The notes under the pieces were generated by a model. It was not told the DNA's origin and did not search any database. It saw only the letters and a program-made list of their open reading frames with translations. Position numbers and translations under genes: made by a program. A DNA stretch of 64,000 nucleotides from the human T2T-CHM13v2.0 reference genome, Homo sapiens. This document shows positions 27,901 through 41,930 of this stretch, one piece after another. The stretch lies in the NCBI RefSeq assembly GCF_009914755.1, contig NC_060935.1; one strand, written 5' to 3'. Within the stretch, counting starts at the first letter, position 1. Each line of letters opens with the position of its first letter.

Positions 27901-30900
27901 TGAAGATTTCGTTGGAAACGGGTTCATCTTCACAGAAAAACTAAACAGGAGCATTCTCAGAAACTGCTTTGTGATGTTTGTGTTCCACTTCAAGAATTGA
28001 ACTTTCCTCTTGACAGAGCAGCTCTGAAACCCTCTTTTTCTAGAATCTGCAAGTGGACATTTGGAGGGCTTTGAGGCCTGTGGTGGAAAAGGAAAATCTT
28101 CACATAAAAACTAGATGGAAGCATTCTCAGAAACTACTTTGTGATGATTGCATTCGACTCACAGAGTTGAACATTCCTATAGATAGAGCAGGTTGTAAAC
28201 AATCTTTTTGTAGAATCTGCGATTGGAGATTTGGACTGCTTTGAGGCCTACTGTAGTAAAGGAAATAACTTCATCTAAAAACCAAACGGAAGCATTCACA
28301 GACAATTCTTAGTGATCATTGCATTGAACTAACAGAGCTGAACATTCCTTTAGATGGCGCAGTTTCCAAACACACTTTCTGTAGAATCTGCAAGTGGATA
28401 TTTGGACCTCTCTGAGGATTTCGTTGGAAACGGGATAAACTTCCCAGAACTACACGGAAGCATTGTGAGAAACTTCTTTGTGATGTTTGCATTCAACTCA
28501 CAGAGTTGAACCTTGCTTTCATAGTTCAGCTTTCAAACACTCTTTTTGTAGAATCTGCAAGTGGATATTTGGACCACTTTGTGGCCTTCCTTCGAAACGG
28601 GTATATCTTCACATCAAACCTAGTCAGAAGCATTCTCAGAATGTTTCCTGTGATGACTGCATTCAACTCACAGAGGTGAACAATCCTGCTGATGGAGCAG
28701 TTTTGAAACTCTCTTTCTTTGGATTCTGCAAGTGGATATGTGGACCTCTGTGAAGATTTCGTTGGAAACGGGTTCATCTTCACAGAAAAACTAAACAGGA
28801 GCATTCTCAGAAACTGCTTTGTGATGTTTGTGTTCCACTTAAAGAATTGAACTTTCCTCTTGACAGAGCAGCTCTGAAACCCTCTTTTTCTAGAATCTGC
28901 AAGTGGACATTTGGAGGGCTTTGAGGCCTGTGGTGGAAAAGGAAAATCGTCACATAAAAACTTTATGGAAGCATTCTCAGAAACTTCTTTGTGATGATTG
29001 CATTCGACTCACAGAGTTGAGCATTCCTATAGATAGAGCAGGTTGTAAACAATCTTTTTGTAGAATCTGCGATTGGAGATTTGGACTGCTTTGAGGCCTG
29101 CTGTAGTAAAGGAAATTACTTCATCTAAAAACCAAACGGAAGCATTCACAGACAATTCTTAGTGATCATTGGATTGAACTAACAGAGCTGAACATTCCTT
29201 TAGATGGAGCAGTTTCCAAACCCACTTTCTGTAGAATCTGCAAGTGGATATTTGGACTTCTCTGAGGATTTCGTTGGAAACGGGATAAACTTCCCAGAAC
29301 TACACGGAAGCATTGTGAGAAACTTCTTTGTGATGTTTGCATTCAACTCACAGAGTTGAACCTTGCTTTCATAGTTCAGCTTTCAAACACTCTTTTTGTA
29401 GAATCTGCAAGTGGATATTTGGACCACTTTGTGGCCTTCCTTCGAAACGGGTATATCTTCACATCAAACCTAGACAGAAGCATTCTCAGAATGTTTCCTT
29501 TGATGACTGCATTCAACTCACAGAGGTGAATAATCCTGTTGATGGAGCACTTTTGAAACTCTCTTTCTTTGGATTCTGCAAGTTGATATGTGGACCTCTG
29601 TGAAGATTTCGTTGGAAACGGGTTCATCTTCACAGAAAAACTAAACAGAAGCATTCTCAGAAACTACTTTGTGATGTTTTTGTTCCACTTCAAGAATTGA
29701 ACTTTCCTCTTGACAGAGCAGCTCTGAAACCCTCTTTTTCTAGAATCTGCAAGTGGACATTTGGAGGGCTTTGAGGCCTGTGGTGGAAAAGGAAAATCTT
29801 CACATAAAAACTAGATGGAAGCATTCTCAGAAACTACTTTGTGATGATTGCATTCGACTCACAGAGTTGAACATCCCTATAGATAGAGCAGGTTGTAAAC
29901 AATCTTTTTGTAGAATCTGCGATTGGAGATTTGGACTGCTTTGAGGCCTACTGTAGTAAAGGAAATAACTTCATCTAAAAACCAAACGGAAGCATTCACA
30001 GACAATTCTTAGTGATCATTGCATTGAACTAACAGAGGTGAACATTCCTTTAGATGGCGCAGTTTCCAAACACACTTTCTGTAGAATCTGCAAGTGTATA
30101 TTTGGACTTCTCTGAGGATTTCTTTGGAAACGGGATAAACTTCCCAGAACTACACGGAAGCATTGTGAGAAAATTCTTTGTGATGTTTGCATTCAACTCA
30201 CAGAGTTGAACCTTGCTTTCATAGTTCAGCTTTCAAACACCCTTTTGGTAGAATCTGCAAGTGGATATTTGGACCACTTTGTGGCCTTCCTTCGAAACGG
30301 GTATATCTTCACATCAAACAGACAGAAGCATTCTCAGAATGTTTCCTGTGATGACTGCATTCAACTCACAGAGGTGAACAATCCTGCTGATGGAGCAGTT
30401 TTGAAACTCTCTTTCTTTGGATTCTGCAAGTGGATATGTGGACCTCTGTGAAGATTTCGTTGGAAACGGGTTCATCTTCACAGAAAAACTAAACAGGAGC
30501 ATTCTCAGAAACTGCTTTGTGATGTTTGTGTTCCACTTAAAGAATTGAACTTTCCTCTTGACAGAGCAGCTCTGAAACCCTCTTTTTCTAGAATCTGCAA
30601 GTGGACATTTGGAGGGCTTTGAGGCCTGTGGTGGAAAAGGAAAATCTTCACATAAAAACTTTATGGAAGCATTCTCAGAAACTTCTTTGTGATGATTGCA
30701 TTCGACTCACAGAGTTGAACATTCCTATAGATAGAGCAGGTTGTAAACAATCTTTTTGTAGAGTCTGCGATTGGAGATTTGGACTGCTTTGAGGCCTACT
30801 GTAGTAAAGGAAATTACTTCATCTAAAAACCAAACGGAAGCATTCACAGACAATTCTTAGTGATCATTGGATTGAACTAACAGAGCTGAACATTCCTTTA

Positions 30901-31471
30901 GATGGAGCAGTTTCCAAACCCACTTTCTGTAGAATCTGCAAGTGGATATTTGGACTTCTCTGAGGATTTCGTTGGAAAGGGATAAACTTCCCAGAACTAC
31001 ACGGAAGCATTGTGAGAAACTTCTTTGTGATGTTTGCATTCAACTCACAGAGTTGAACCTTGCTTTCATAGTTCAGCTTTCAAACACTCTTTTTGTAGAA
31101 TCTGCAAGTGGATATTTGGACCACTTTGTGGCCTTCCTTCGAAACGGGTATATCTTCCCATCAAACCTAGACAGAAGCATTCTCAGAATGTTTCCTGTGA
31201 TGACTGCATTCAACTCACAGAGGTGAACAATCCTGTTGATGGAGCACTTTTGAAACTCTCTTTCTTTGGATTCTGCAATTTGATTTGTGGACCTCTGTGA
31301 AGATTTCGTTGGAAACGGGTTCATCTTCACAGAAAAACTAAACAGAAGCATTCTCAGAAACTACTTTGTGATGTTTGTGTTCCACTTCAAGAATTGAACT
31401 TTCCTCTTGACAGAGCAGCTCTGAAACCCTCCTTTTCTAGAATCTGCAAGTGGACATTTGGAGGGCTTTGT

Positions 31472-34400
31472 GGCCTGTGGTGGAAAAGGAAAATCTTCAC
31501 ATAAAAACTAGATGGAAGCATTCTCAGAAACTACTTTGTGATGATTGCATTCGACTCACAGAGTTGAACATTCCTATAGATAGAGCAGGTTGTAAACAAT
31601 CTTTTTGTAGAATCTGCGATTGGAGATTTGGACTGCTTTGAGGCCTACTGTAGTAAAGGAAATAACTTCATCTAAAAACCAAACGGAAGCATTCACAGAC
31701 AATTCTTAGTGATCATTGCATTGAACTAACAGAGGTGAACATTCCTTTAGATGGCGCAGTTTCCAAACACACTTTCTGTAGAATCTGCAAGTGGATATTT
31801 GGACTTCTCTGAGGATTTCGTTGGAAAAGGGATAAACTTCCCAGAACTACACGGAAGCATTGTGAGAAACTTCTTTGTGATGTTTGCATTCAACTCACAG
31901 AGTTGAACCTTGCTTTCATAGTTCAGCTTTCAAACACTCTTTTTGTAGAATCTGCAAGTGGATATTTGGACCACTTTGTGGCCTTCCTTTGAAACGGGTA
32001 TATCTTCACATCAAACCTAGACAGAAGCATTCTCAGAATGTTTCCTGTGATGACTGCATTCAACTCACAGAGGTGAACAATCCTGTTGATGGAGCACTTT
32101 TGAAACTCTCTTTCTTTGGATTCTGCAAGTTGATATGTGGACCTCTGTGAAGATTTCGTTGGAAACGGGTTCATCTTCACAGAAAAACTAAACAGAAGCA
32201 TTCTCAGAAACTACTTTGTGATGTTTGTGTTCCACTTCAAGAATTGAACTTTCCTCTTGACAGAGCAGCTCTGAAACCCTCTTTTTCTAGAATCTGCAAG
32301 TGGACATTTGGAGGGCTTTGAGGCCTGTGGTGGAAAAGGAAAATCTTCACATAAAAACTAGATGGAAGCATTCTCAGAAACTACTTTGTGATGATTGCAT
32401 TCGACTCACAGAGTTGAACATTCCTATAGATAGATCAGGTTGTAAACAATCTTTTTGTAGAATCTGCGATTGGAGATTTGGACTGCTTTGAGGCCTACTG
32501 TAGTAAAGGAAGTAACTTCATCTAAAAACCAAACGGAAGCATTCACAGACAATTGTTAGTGATCATTGCATTGAACTAACAGAGCTGAACATTCCTTTAG
32601 ATGGCGCAGTTTCCAAACACACTTTCTGTAGAATGTGCAAGTGGATATTTGGACCTCTCTGAGGATTTCGTTGGAAACGGGATAAACTTCCCAGAACTAC
32701 ACGGAAGCATTCTGAGAAACTTCTTTGTGATATTTGCATTCAACTCACAGAGTTGAACCTTGCTTTCATAGTTCAGCTTTCAAACACTCTTTTTGTAGAA
32801 TCTGCAAGTGGATATTTTGACCACTTAGTGGCCTTCCTTCGAAACGGGTATATCTTCACATCAAACCTAGACAGAAGCATTCTCAGAATGTTTCCTGTGA
32901 TGACTGCATTCAACTCACAGAGGTGAACAATCCTGCTGATGGAGCAGTTTTGAAACTCTCTTTCTTTGGATTCTGCAAGTGGATATGTGGACCTCTGTGA
33001 AGATTTCGTTGGAAACGGGTTCATCTTCACAGAAAAACTAAACAGAAGCATTCTCAGAAACTGCTTTGTGATGTTTGTGTTCCACTTCAGGAATTGAACT
33101 TTCCTCTTGACAGAGCAGCTCTGAAACCCTCTTTTTCTAGAATCTGCAAGTGGACATTTGGAGGGCTTTGAGGCCTGTGGTGGAAAAGGAAAATCGTCAC
33201 ATAAAAACTTTATGGAAGCATTCTCAGAAACTTCTTTGTGATGATTGCATTCGACTCACAGAGTTGAACATTCCTATAGATAGAGCAGGTTGTAAACAAT
33301 CTTTTTGTAGAATCTGCGATTGGAGATTTGGACTGCTTTGAGGCCTGCTGTAGTAAAGGAAATTACTTCATCTAAAAACCAAACGGAAGCATTCACAGAC
33401 AATTCTTAGTGATCATTGCATTGAACTAACAGAGCTGAACATTCCTTTAGATGGAGCAGTTTCCAAACCCACTTTCTGTAGAATCTGCAAGTGGATATTT
33501 GGACTTCTCTGAGGATTTCGTTGGAAACGGGATAAACTTCCCAGAACTACACGGAAGCATTGTGAGAAACTTCTTTGTGATGTTTGCATTCAACTCACAG
33601 AGTTGAACCTTGCTTTCATAGTTCAGCTTTCAAACACTCTTTTTGTAGAATCTGCAAGTGGATATTTGGACCACTTTGTGGCCTTCCTTCGAAACGGGTA
33701 TATCTTCACATCAAACCTAGACAGAAGCATTCTCAGAATGTTTCCTGTGATGACTGCATTCAACTCACAGAGGTGAATAATCCTGTTGATGGAGCACTTT
33801 TGAAACTCTCTTTCTTTGGATTCTGCAAGTTGATATGTGGACCTCTGTGAAGATTTCGTTGGAAACGGGTTCATCTTCACAGAAAAACTAAACAGAAGCA
33901 TTCTCAGAAACTGCTTTGTGATGTTTGTGTTCCACTTCAGGAATTGAACTTTCCTCTTGACAGAGCAGCTCTGAAACCCTCTTATTCTAGAATCTGCAAG
34001 TGGACATTTGGAGGGCTTTGAGGCCTGTGGTGGAAAAGGAAAATCTTCACATAAAAACTAGATGGAAGCATTCTCAGAAACTACTTTGTGATGATTGCAT
34101 TCGACTCACAGAGTTGAACATTCCTATAGATAGAGCAGGTTGTAAACAATCTTTTTGTAGAATCTGCGATTGGAGATTTGGACTGCTTTGAGGCCTACTG
34201 TAGTAAAGGAAATAACTTCATCTAAAAACCAAACGGAAGCATTCACAGACAATTCTTAGTGATCATTGCATTGAACTAACAGAGCTGAACATTCCTTTAG
34301 ATGGCGCAGTTTCCAAACACACTTTCTGTAGAATCTGCAAGTGGATATTTGGACTTCTCTGAGGATTTCGTTGGAAACGGGATAAACTTCCCAGAACTAC

Positions 34401-37400
34401 ACGGAAGCATTGTGAGAAACTTCTTTGTGATGTTTGCATTCAACTCACAGAGTTGAAACTTGCTTTCATAGTTCAGCTTTCAAACACTCTTTTTGTAGAA
34501 TCTGCAAGTGGATATTTGGACCACTTTCTGGCCTTCCTTCGAAACGGGTATATCTTCACATCAAACCTAGACATAAGCATTCTCAGAATGTTTCCTGTGA
34601 AGACTGCATTCAACTCACAGAGATGAACAATCCTGTTGATGGAGCACTTTGAAAACTCTCTTTCTTTGGATTCTGCAAGTTGATATGTGGACCTCTGTGA
34701 AGATTTCGTTGGAAACGGGTTCATCTTCACAGAAAAACTAAACAGAAGCATTCTCAAAAACTACTTTGTGATGTTTGTGTTCCACTTCAAGAATTGAACT
34801 TTCCTCTTGACAGAGCAGTTCTGAAAACCTCTTTTTCTAGAATCTGCAAGTGGACATTTGGAGGGCTTTGAGGCCTGTGGTGGAAAAGGAAAATCTTCAC
34901 ATAAAAACTAGATGGAAGCATTCTCAGAAACTACTTTGTGATGATTGCATTCGACTCACAGAGTTGAACATTCCTATAGATAGAGCAGGTTGTAAACAAT
35001 CTTTTTGTAGAATCTGCGATTGGAGATTTGGATTGCTTTGAGGCCTACTGTAGTAAAGGAAATAACTTCATCTAAAAACCAAACGGAAGCATTCACAGAA
35101 AATTCTTAGTGATCATTGCATTGAACTAACAGAGGTGAACATTCCTTTAGATGGCGCAGTTTCCAAACACACTTTCTGTAGAATCTGCAAGTGGATATTT
35201 GGACCTCTCTGAGGATTTCGTTGGAAACGGGATAAACTTCCCAGAACTACACGGAAGCATTGTGAGAAACTTCTTTGTGATGTTTGCATTCAACTCACAG
35301 AGTTGAACCTTGCTTTCATAGTTCAGCTTTCAAACACTCTTTTTGTAGAATCTGCAAGTGGATATTTGGACCACTTTGTGGCCTTCCTTCGAAACGGGTA
35401 TATCTTCACATCAAACCTAGACAGAAGCATTCTCAGAATGTTTCCTGTGATGACTGCATTCAACTCACAGAGGTGAACAATCCTGCTGATGGAGCACTTT
35501 TGAAACTCTCTTTCTTTGGATTCTGCAAGTGGATATGTGGACCTCTGTGAAGATTTCGTTGGAAACGGGTTCATCTTCACAGAAAAACTAAACAGGAGCA
35601 TTCTCAGAAACTGCTTTGTGATGTTTGTGTTCCACTTTAAGAATTGAACTTTCCTCTTGACAGAGCAGCTCTGAAACCCTCTTTTTCTAGAATCTGCAAG
35701 TGGACATTTGGAGGGCTTTGAGGCCTGTGGTGGAAAAGGAAAATCTTCACATAAAAACTAGATGGAAGCATTCTCAGAAACTACTTTGTGATGATTGCAT
35801 TCGACGCACAGAGTTGAACATTCCTATAGATAGAGCAGGTTGTAAACAATCTTTTTGTAGAATCTGCGATTGGAGATTTGGACTGCTTTGAGGCCTACTG
35901 TAGTAAAGGAAATAACTTCATCTAAAAACCAAACGGAAGCATTCACAGACAATTCTTAGTGATCATTGCATTGAACTAACAGAGCTGAACATTCCTTTAG
36001 ATGGCGCAGTTTCCAAACACACTTTCTGTAGAATCTGCAAGTGGATATTTGGACCTCTCTGAGGATTTCGTTGGAAACGGGATAAACTTCCCAGAACTAC
36101 ACGGAAGCATGCTGAGAAACTTCTTTGTGATGTTTGCATTCAACTCACAGAGTTGAACCTTGCTTTCATAGTTCAGCTTTCAAACACTCTTTTTGTAGAA
36201 TCTGCAAGTGGATATTTGGACCACTTTGTGGCCTTCCTTCGAAACGGGTATATCTTCACATCAAACCTAGACAGAAGCATTCTCAGAATGTTTCCTGTGA
36301 TGACTGCATTCAACTCACAGAGGTGAACAATCCTGCTGATGGAGCAATTTTGAAACTCTCTTTCTTTGGATTCTGCAAGTGGATATGTGGACCTCTGTGA
36401 AGATTTCGTTGGAAACGGGTTCATCTTCACAGAAAAACTAAACAGAAGCATTCTCAGAAACTGCTTTGTGATGTTTGTGTTCCACTTCAGGAATTGAACT
36501 TTCCTCTTGACAGAGCAGCTCTGAAACCCTCTTATTCTAGAATCTGCAAGTGGACATTTGGAGGGCTTTGAGGCCTGTGGTGGAAAAGGAAAATCTTCAC
36601 ATAAAAACTAGATGGAAGCATTCTCAGAAACTACTTTGTGATGATTGCATTCGACTCACAGAGTTGAACATTCCTATAGATAGAGCAGGTTGTAAACAAT
36701 CTTTTTGTAGAATCTGCGATTGGAGATTTGGACTGCTTTGAGGCCTACTGTAGTAAAGGAAATAACTTCATCTAAAAACCAAACGGAAGCATTCACAGAC
36801 AATTCTTAGTGATCATTGCATTGAACTAACAGAGGTGAACATTCCTTTAGATGGCGCAGTTTCCAAACACACTTTCTGTAGAATCTGCAAGTGGATATTT
36901 GGACTTCTCTGAGGATTTCGTTGGAAAAGGGATAAACTTCCCAGAACTACACGGAAGCATTGTGAGAAACTTCTTTGTGATGTTTGCATTCAACTCACAG
37001 AGTTGAACCTTGCTTTCATAGTTCAGCTTTCAAACACTCTTTTTGTAGAATCTGCAAGTGGATATTTGGACCACTTTGTGGCCTTCCTTTGAAACGGGTA
37101 TATCTTCACATCAAACCTAGACAGAAGCATTCTCAGAATGTTTCCTGTGATGACTGCATTCAACTCACAGAGGTGAACAATCCTGTTGATGGAGCACTTT
37201 TGAAACTCTCTTTCTTTGGATTCTGCAAGTTGATATGTGGACCTCTGTGAAGATTTCGTTGGAAACGGGTTCATCTTCACAGAAAAACTAAACAGAAGCA
37301 TTCTCAGAAACTACTTTGTGATGTTTGTGTTCCACTTCAAGAATTGAACTTTCCTCTTGACAGAGCAGCTCTGAAACCCTCTTTTTCTAGAATCTGCAAG

Positions 37401-40400
37401 TGGACATTTGGAGGGCTTTGAGGCCTGTGGTGGAAAAGGAAAATCTTCACATAAAAACTAGATGGAAGCATTCTCAGAAACTACTTTGTGATGATTGCAT
37501 TCGACTCACAGAGTTGAACATTCCTATAGATAGATCAGGTTGTAAACAATCTTTTTGTAGAATCTGCGATTGGAGATTTGGACTGCTTTGAGGCCTACTG
37601 TAGTAAAGGAAGTAACTTCATCTAAAAACCAAACGGAAGCATTCACAGACAATTGTTAGTGATCATTGCATTGAACTAACAGAGCTGAACATTCCTTTAG
37701 ATGGCGCAGTTTCCAAACACACTTTCTGTAGAATGTGCAAGTGGATATTTGGACCTCTCTGAGGATTTCGTTGGAAACGGGATAAACTTCCCAGAACTAC
37801 ACGGAAGCATTCTGAGAAACTTCTTTGTGATATTTGCATTCAACTCACAGAGTTGAACCTTGCTTTCATAGTTCAGCTTTCAAACACTCTTTTTGTAGAA
37901 TCTGCAAGTGGATATTTTGACCACTTAGTGGCCTTCCTTCGAAACGGGTATATCTTCACATCAAACCTAGACAGAAGCATTCTCAGAATGTTTCCTGTGA
38001 TGACTGCATTCAACTCACAGAGGTGAACAATCCTGCTGATGGAGCAGTTTTGAAACTCTCTTTCTTTGGATTCTGCAAGTGGATATGTGGACCTCTGTGA
38101 AGATTTCGTTGGAAACGGGTTCATCTTCACAGAAAAACTAAACAGAAGCATTCTCAGAAACTGCTTTGTGATGTTTGTGTTCCACTTCAGGAATTGAACT
38201 TTCCTCTTGACAGAGCAGCTCTGAAACCCTCTTTTTCTAGAATCTGCAAGTGGACATTTGGAGGGCTTTGAGGCCTGTGGTGGAAAAGGAAAATCGTCAC
38301 ATAAAAACTTTATGGAAGCATTCTCAGAAACTTCTTTGTGATGATTGCATTCGACTCACAGAGTTGAACATTCCTATAGATAGAGCAGGTTGTAAACAAT
38401 CTTTTTGTAGAATCTGCGATTGGAGATTTGGACTGCTTTGAGGCCTGCTGTAGTAAAGGAAATTACTTCATCTAAAAACCAAACGGAAGCATTCACAGAC
38501 AATTCTTAGTGATCATTGCATTGAACTAACAGAGCTGAACATTCCTTTAGATGGAGCAGTTTCCAAACCCACTTTCTGTAGAATCTGCAAGTGGATATTT
38601 GGACTTCTCTGAGGATTTCGTTGGAAACGGGATAAACTTCCCAGAACTACACGGAAGCATTGTGAGAAACTTCTTTGTGATGTTTGCATTCAACTCACAG
38701 AGTTGAACCTTGCTTTCATAGTTCAGCTTTCAAACACTCTTTTTGTAGAATCTGCAAGTGGATATTTGGACCACTTTGTGGCCTTCCTTCGAAACGGGTA
38801 TATCTTCACATCAAACCTAGACAGAAGCATTCTCAGAATGTTTCCTGTGATGACTGCATTCAACTCACAGAGGTGAATAATCCTGTTGATGGAGCACTTT
38901 TGAAACTCTCTTTCTTTGGATTCTGCAAGTTGATATGTGGACCTCTGTGAAGATTTCGTTGGAAACGGGTTCATCTTCACAGAAAAACTAAACAGAAGCA
39001 TTCTCAGAAACTGCTTTGTGATGTTTGTGTTCCACTTCAGGAATTGAACTTTCCTCTTGACAGAGCAGCTCTGAAACCCTCTTATTCTAGAATCTGCAAG
39101 TGGACATTTGGAGGGCTTTGAGGCCTGTGGTGGAAAAGGAAAATCTTCACATAAAAACTAGATGGAAGCATTCTCAGAAACTACTTTGTGATGATTGCAT
39201 TCGACTCACAGAGTTGAACATTCCTATAGATAGAGCAGGTTGTAAACAATCTTTTTGTAGAATCTGCGATTGGAGATTTGGACTGCTTTGAGGCCTACTG
39301 TAGTAAAGGAAATAACTTCATCTAAAAACCAAACGGAAGCATTCACAGACAATTCTTAGTGATCATTGCATTGAACTAACAGAGCTGAACATTCCTTTAG
39401 ATGGCGCAGTTTCCAAACACACTTTCTGTAGAATCTGCAAGTGGATATTTGGACTTCTCTGAGGATTTCGTTGGAAACGGGATAAACTTCCCAGAACTAC
39501 ACGGAAGCATTGTGAGAAACTTCTTTGTGATGTTTGCATTCAACTCACAGAGTTGAAACTTGCTTTCATAGTTCAGCTTTCAAACACTCTTTTTGTAGAA
39601 TCTGCAAGTGGATATTTGGACCACTTTGTGGCCTTCCTTCGAAACGGGTATATCTTCACATCAAACCTAGACATAAGCATTCTCAGAATGTTTCCTGTGA
39701 AGACTGCATTCAACTCACAGAGATGAACAATCCTGTTGATGGAGCACTTTGAAAACTCTCTTTCTTTGGATTCTGCAAGTTGATATGTGGACCTCTGTGA
39801 AGATTTCGTTGGAAACGGGTTCATCTTCACAGAAAAACTAAACAGAAGCATTCTCAAAAACTACTTTGTGATGATTGTGTTCCACTTCAAGAATTGAACT
39901 TTCCTCTTGACAGAGCAGTTCTGAAAACCTCTTTTTCTAGAATCTGCAAGTGGACATTTGGAGGGCTTTGAGGCCTGTGGTGGAAAAGGAAAATCTTCAC
40001 ATAAAAACTAGATGGAAGCATTCTCAGAAACTACTTTGTGATGATTGCATTCGACTCACAGAGTTGAACATTCCTATAGATAGAGCAGGTTGTAAACAAT
40101 CTTTTTGTAGAATCTGCGATTGGAGATTTGGATTGCTTTGAGGCCTACTGTAGTAAAGGAAATAACTTCATCTAAAAACCAAACGGAAGCATTCACAGAA
40201 AATTCTTAGTGATCATTGCATTGAACTAACAGAGGTGAACATTCCTTTAGATGGCGCAGTTTCCAAACACACTTTCTGTAGAATCTGCAAGTGGATATTT
40301 GGACCTCTCTGAGGATTTCGTTGGAAACGGGATAAACTTCCCAGAACTACACGGAAGCATTGTGAGAAACTTCTTTGTGATGTTTGCATTCAACTCACAG

Positions 40401-41930
40401 AGTTGAACCTTGCTTTCATAGTTCAGCTTTCAAACACTCTTTTTGTAGAATCTGCAAGTGGATATTTGGACCACTTTGTGGCCTTCCTTCGAAACGGGTA
40501 TATCTTCACATCAAACCTAGACAGAAGCATTCTCAGAATGTTTCCTGTGATGACTGCATTCAACTCACAGAGGTGAACAATCCTGCTGATGGAGCACTTT
40601 TGAAACTCTCTTTCTTTGGATTCTGCAAGTGGATAAGTGGACCTCTGTGAAGATTTCGTTGGAAACGGGTTCATCTTCACAGAAAAACTAAACAGGAGCA
40701 TTCTCAGAAACTGCTTTGTGATGTTTGTGTTCCACTTTAAGAATTGAACTTTCCTCTTGACAGAGCAGCTCTGAAACCCTCTTTTTCTAGAATCTGCAAG
40801 TGGACATTTGGAGGGCTTTGAGGCCTGTGGTGGAAAAGGAAAATCTTCACATAAAAACTAGATGGAAGCATTCTCAGAAACTACTTTGTGATGATTGCAT
40901 TCGACGCACAGAGTTGAACATTCCTATAGATAGAGCAGGTTGTAAACAATCTTTTTGTAGAATCTGCGATTGGAGATTTGGACTGCTTTGAGGCCTACTG
41001 TAGTAAAGGAAATAACTTCATCTAAAAACCAAACGGAAGCATTCACAGACAATTCTTAGTGATCATTGCATTGAACTAACAGAGCTGAACATTCCTTTAG
41101 ATGGCGCAGTTTCCAAACACACTTTCTGTAGAATCTGCAAGTGGATATTTGGACCTCTCTGAGGATTTCGTTGGAAACGGGATAAACTTCCCAGAACTAC
41201 ACGGAAGCATGCTGAGAAACTTCTTTGTGATGTTTGCATTCAACTCACAGAGTTGAACCTTGCTTTCATAGTTCAGCTTTCAAACACTCTTTTTGTAGAA
41301 TCTGCAAGTGGATATTTGGACCACTTTGTGGCCTTCCTTCGAAACGGGTATATCTTCACATCAAACCTAGACAGAAGCATTCTCAGAATGTTTCCTGTGA
41401 TGACTGCATTCAACTCACAGAGGTGAACAATCCTGCTGATGGAGCAATTTTGAAACTCTCTTTCTTTGGATTCTGCAAGTGGATATGTGGACCTCTGTGA
41501 AGATTTCGTTGGAAACGGGTTCATCTTCACAGAAAAACTAAACAGAAGCATTCTCAGAAACTGCTTTGTGATGTTTGTGTTCCACTTCAGGAATTGAACT
41601 TTCCTCTTGACAGAGCAGCTCTGAAACCCTCTTATTCTAGAATCTGCAAGTGGACATTTGGAGGGCTTTGAGGCCTGTGGTGGAAAAGGAAAATCTTCAC
41701 ATAAAAACTAGATGGAAGCATTCTCAGAAACTACTTTGTGATGATTGCATTCGACTCACAGAGTTGAACATTCCTATAGATAGAGCAGGTTGTAAACAAT
41801 CTTTTTGTAGAATCTGCGATTGGAGATTTGGACTGCTTTGAGGCCTACTGTAGTAAAGGAAATAACTTCATCTAAAAACCAAACGGAAGCATTCACAGAC
41901 AATTCTTAGTGATCATTGCATTGAACTAAC
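31472..41930 (+). repeat. Tandem duplication with 5100-bp (6 HOR) period
   Basis: Markers recur at exactly +5100: ttggaaaagg 31821/36921, tagatcaggt 32431/37531, acataagcat 34571/39671, tcgacgcaca 35801/40901, ggagcaattt 36341/41441. Confidence 0.93.

Larger units (their letters stand above)
1..34520 (+). repeat. Large intra-array duplication: 1-~14120 recurs at ~18694-34520
   Basis: Rare variants recur in the same order at offset 18693 (1 to ~4.16 kb), then at offset 20392 (~4.2-14.1 kb). Examples: tctgacaccc ~4231/24623, 2-bp deletion atcaaacagac ~9921/30313, gcaatttgattt ~10883/31275, gatcaggttg ~12041/32433. Confidence 0.9.
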
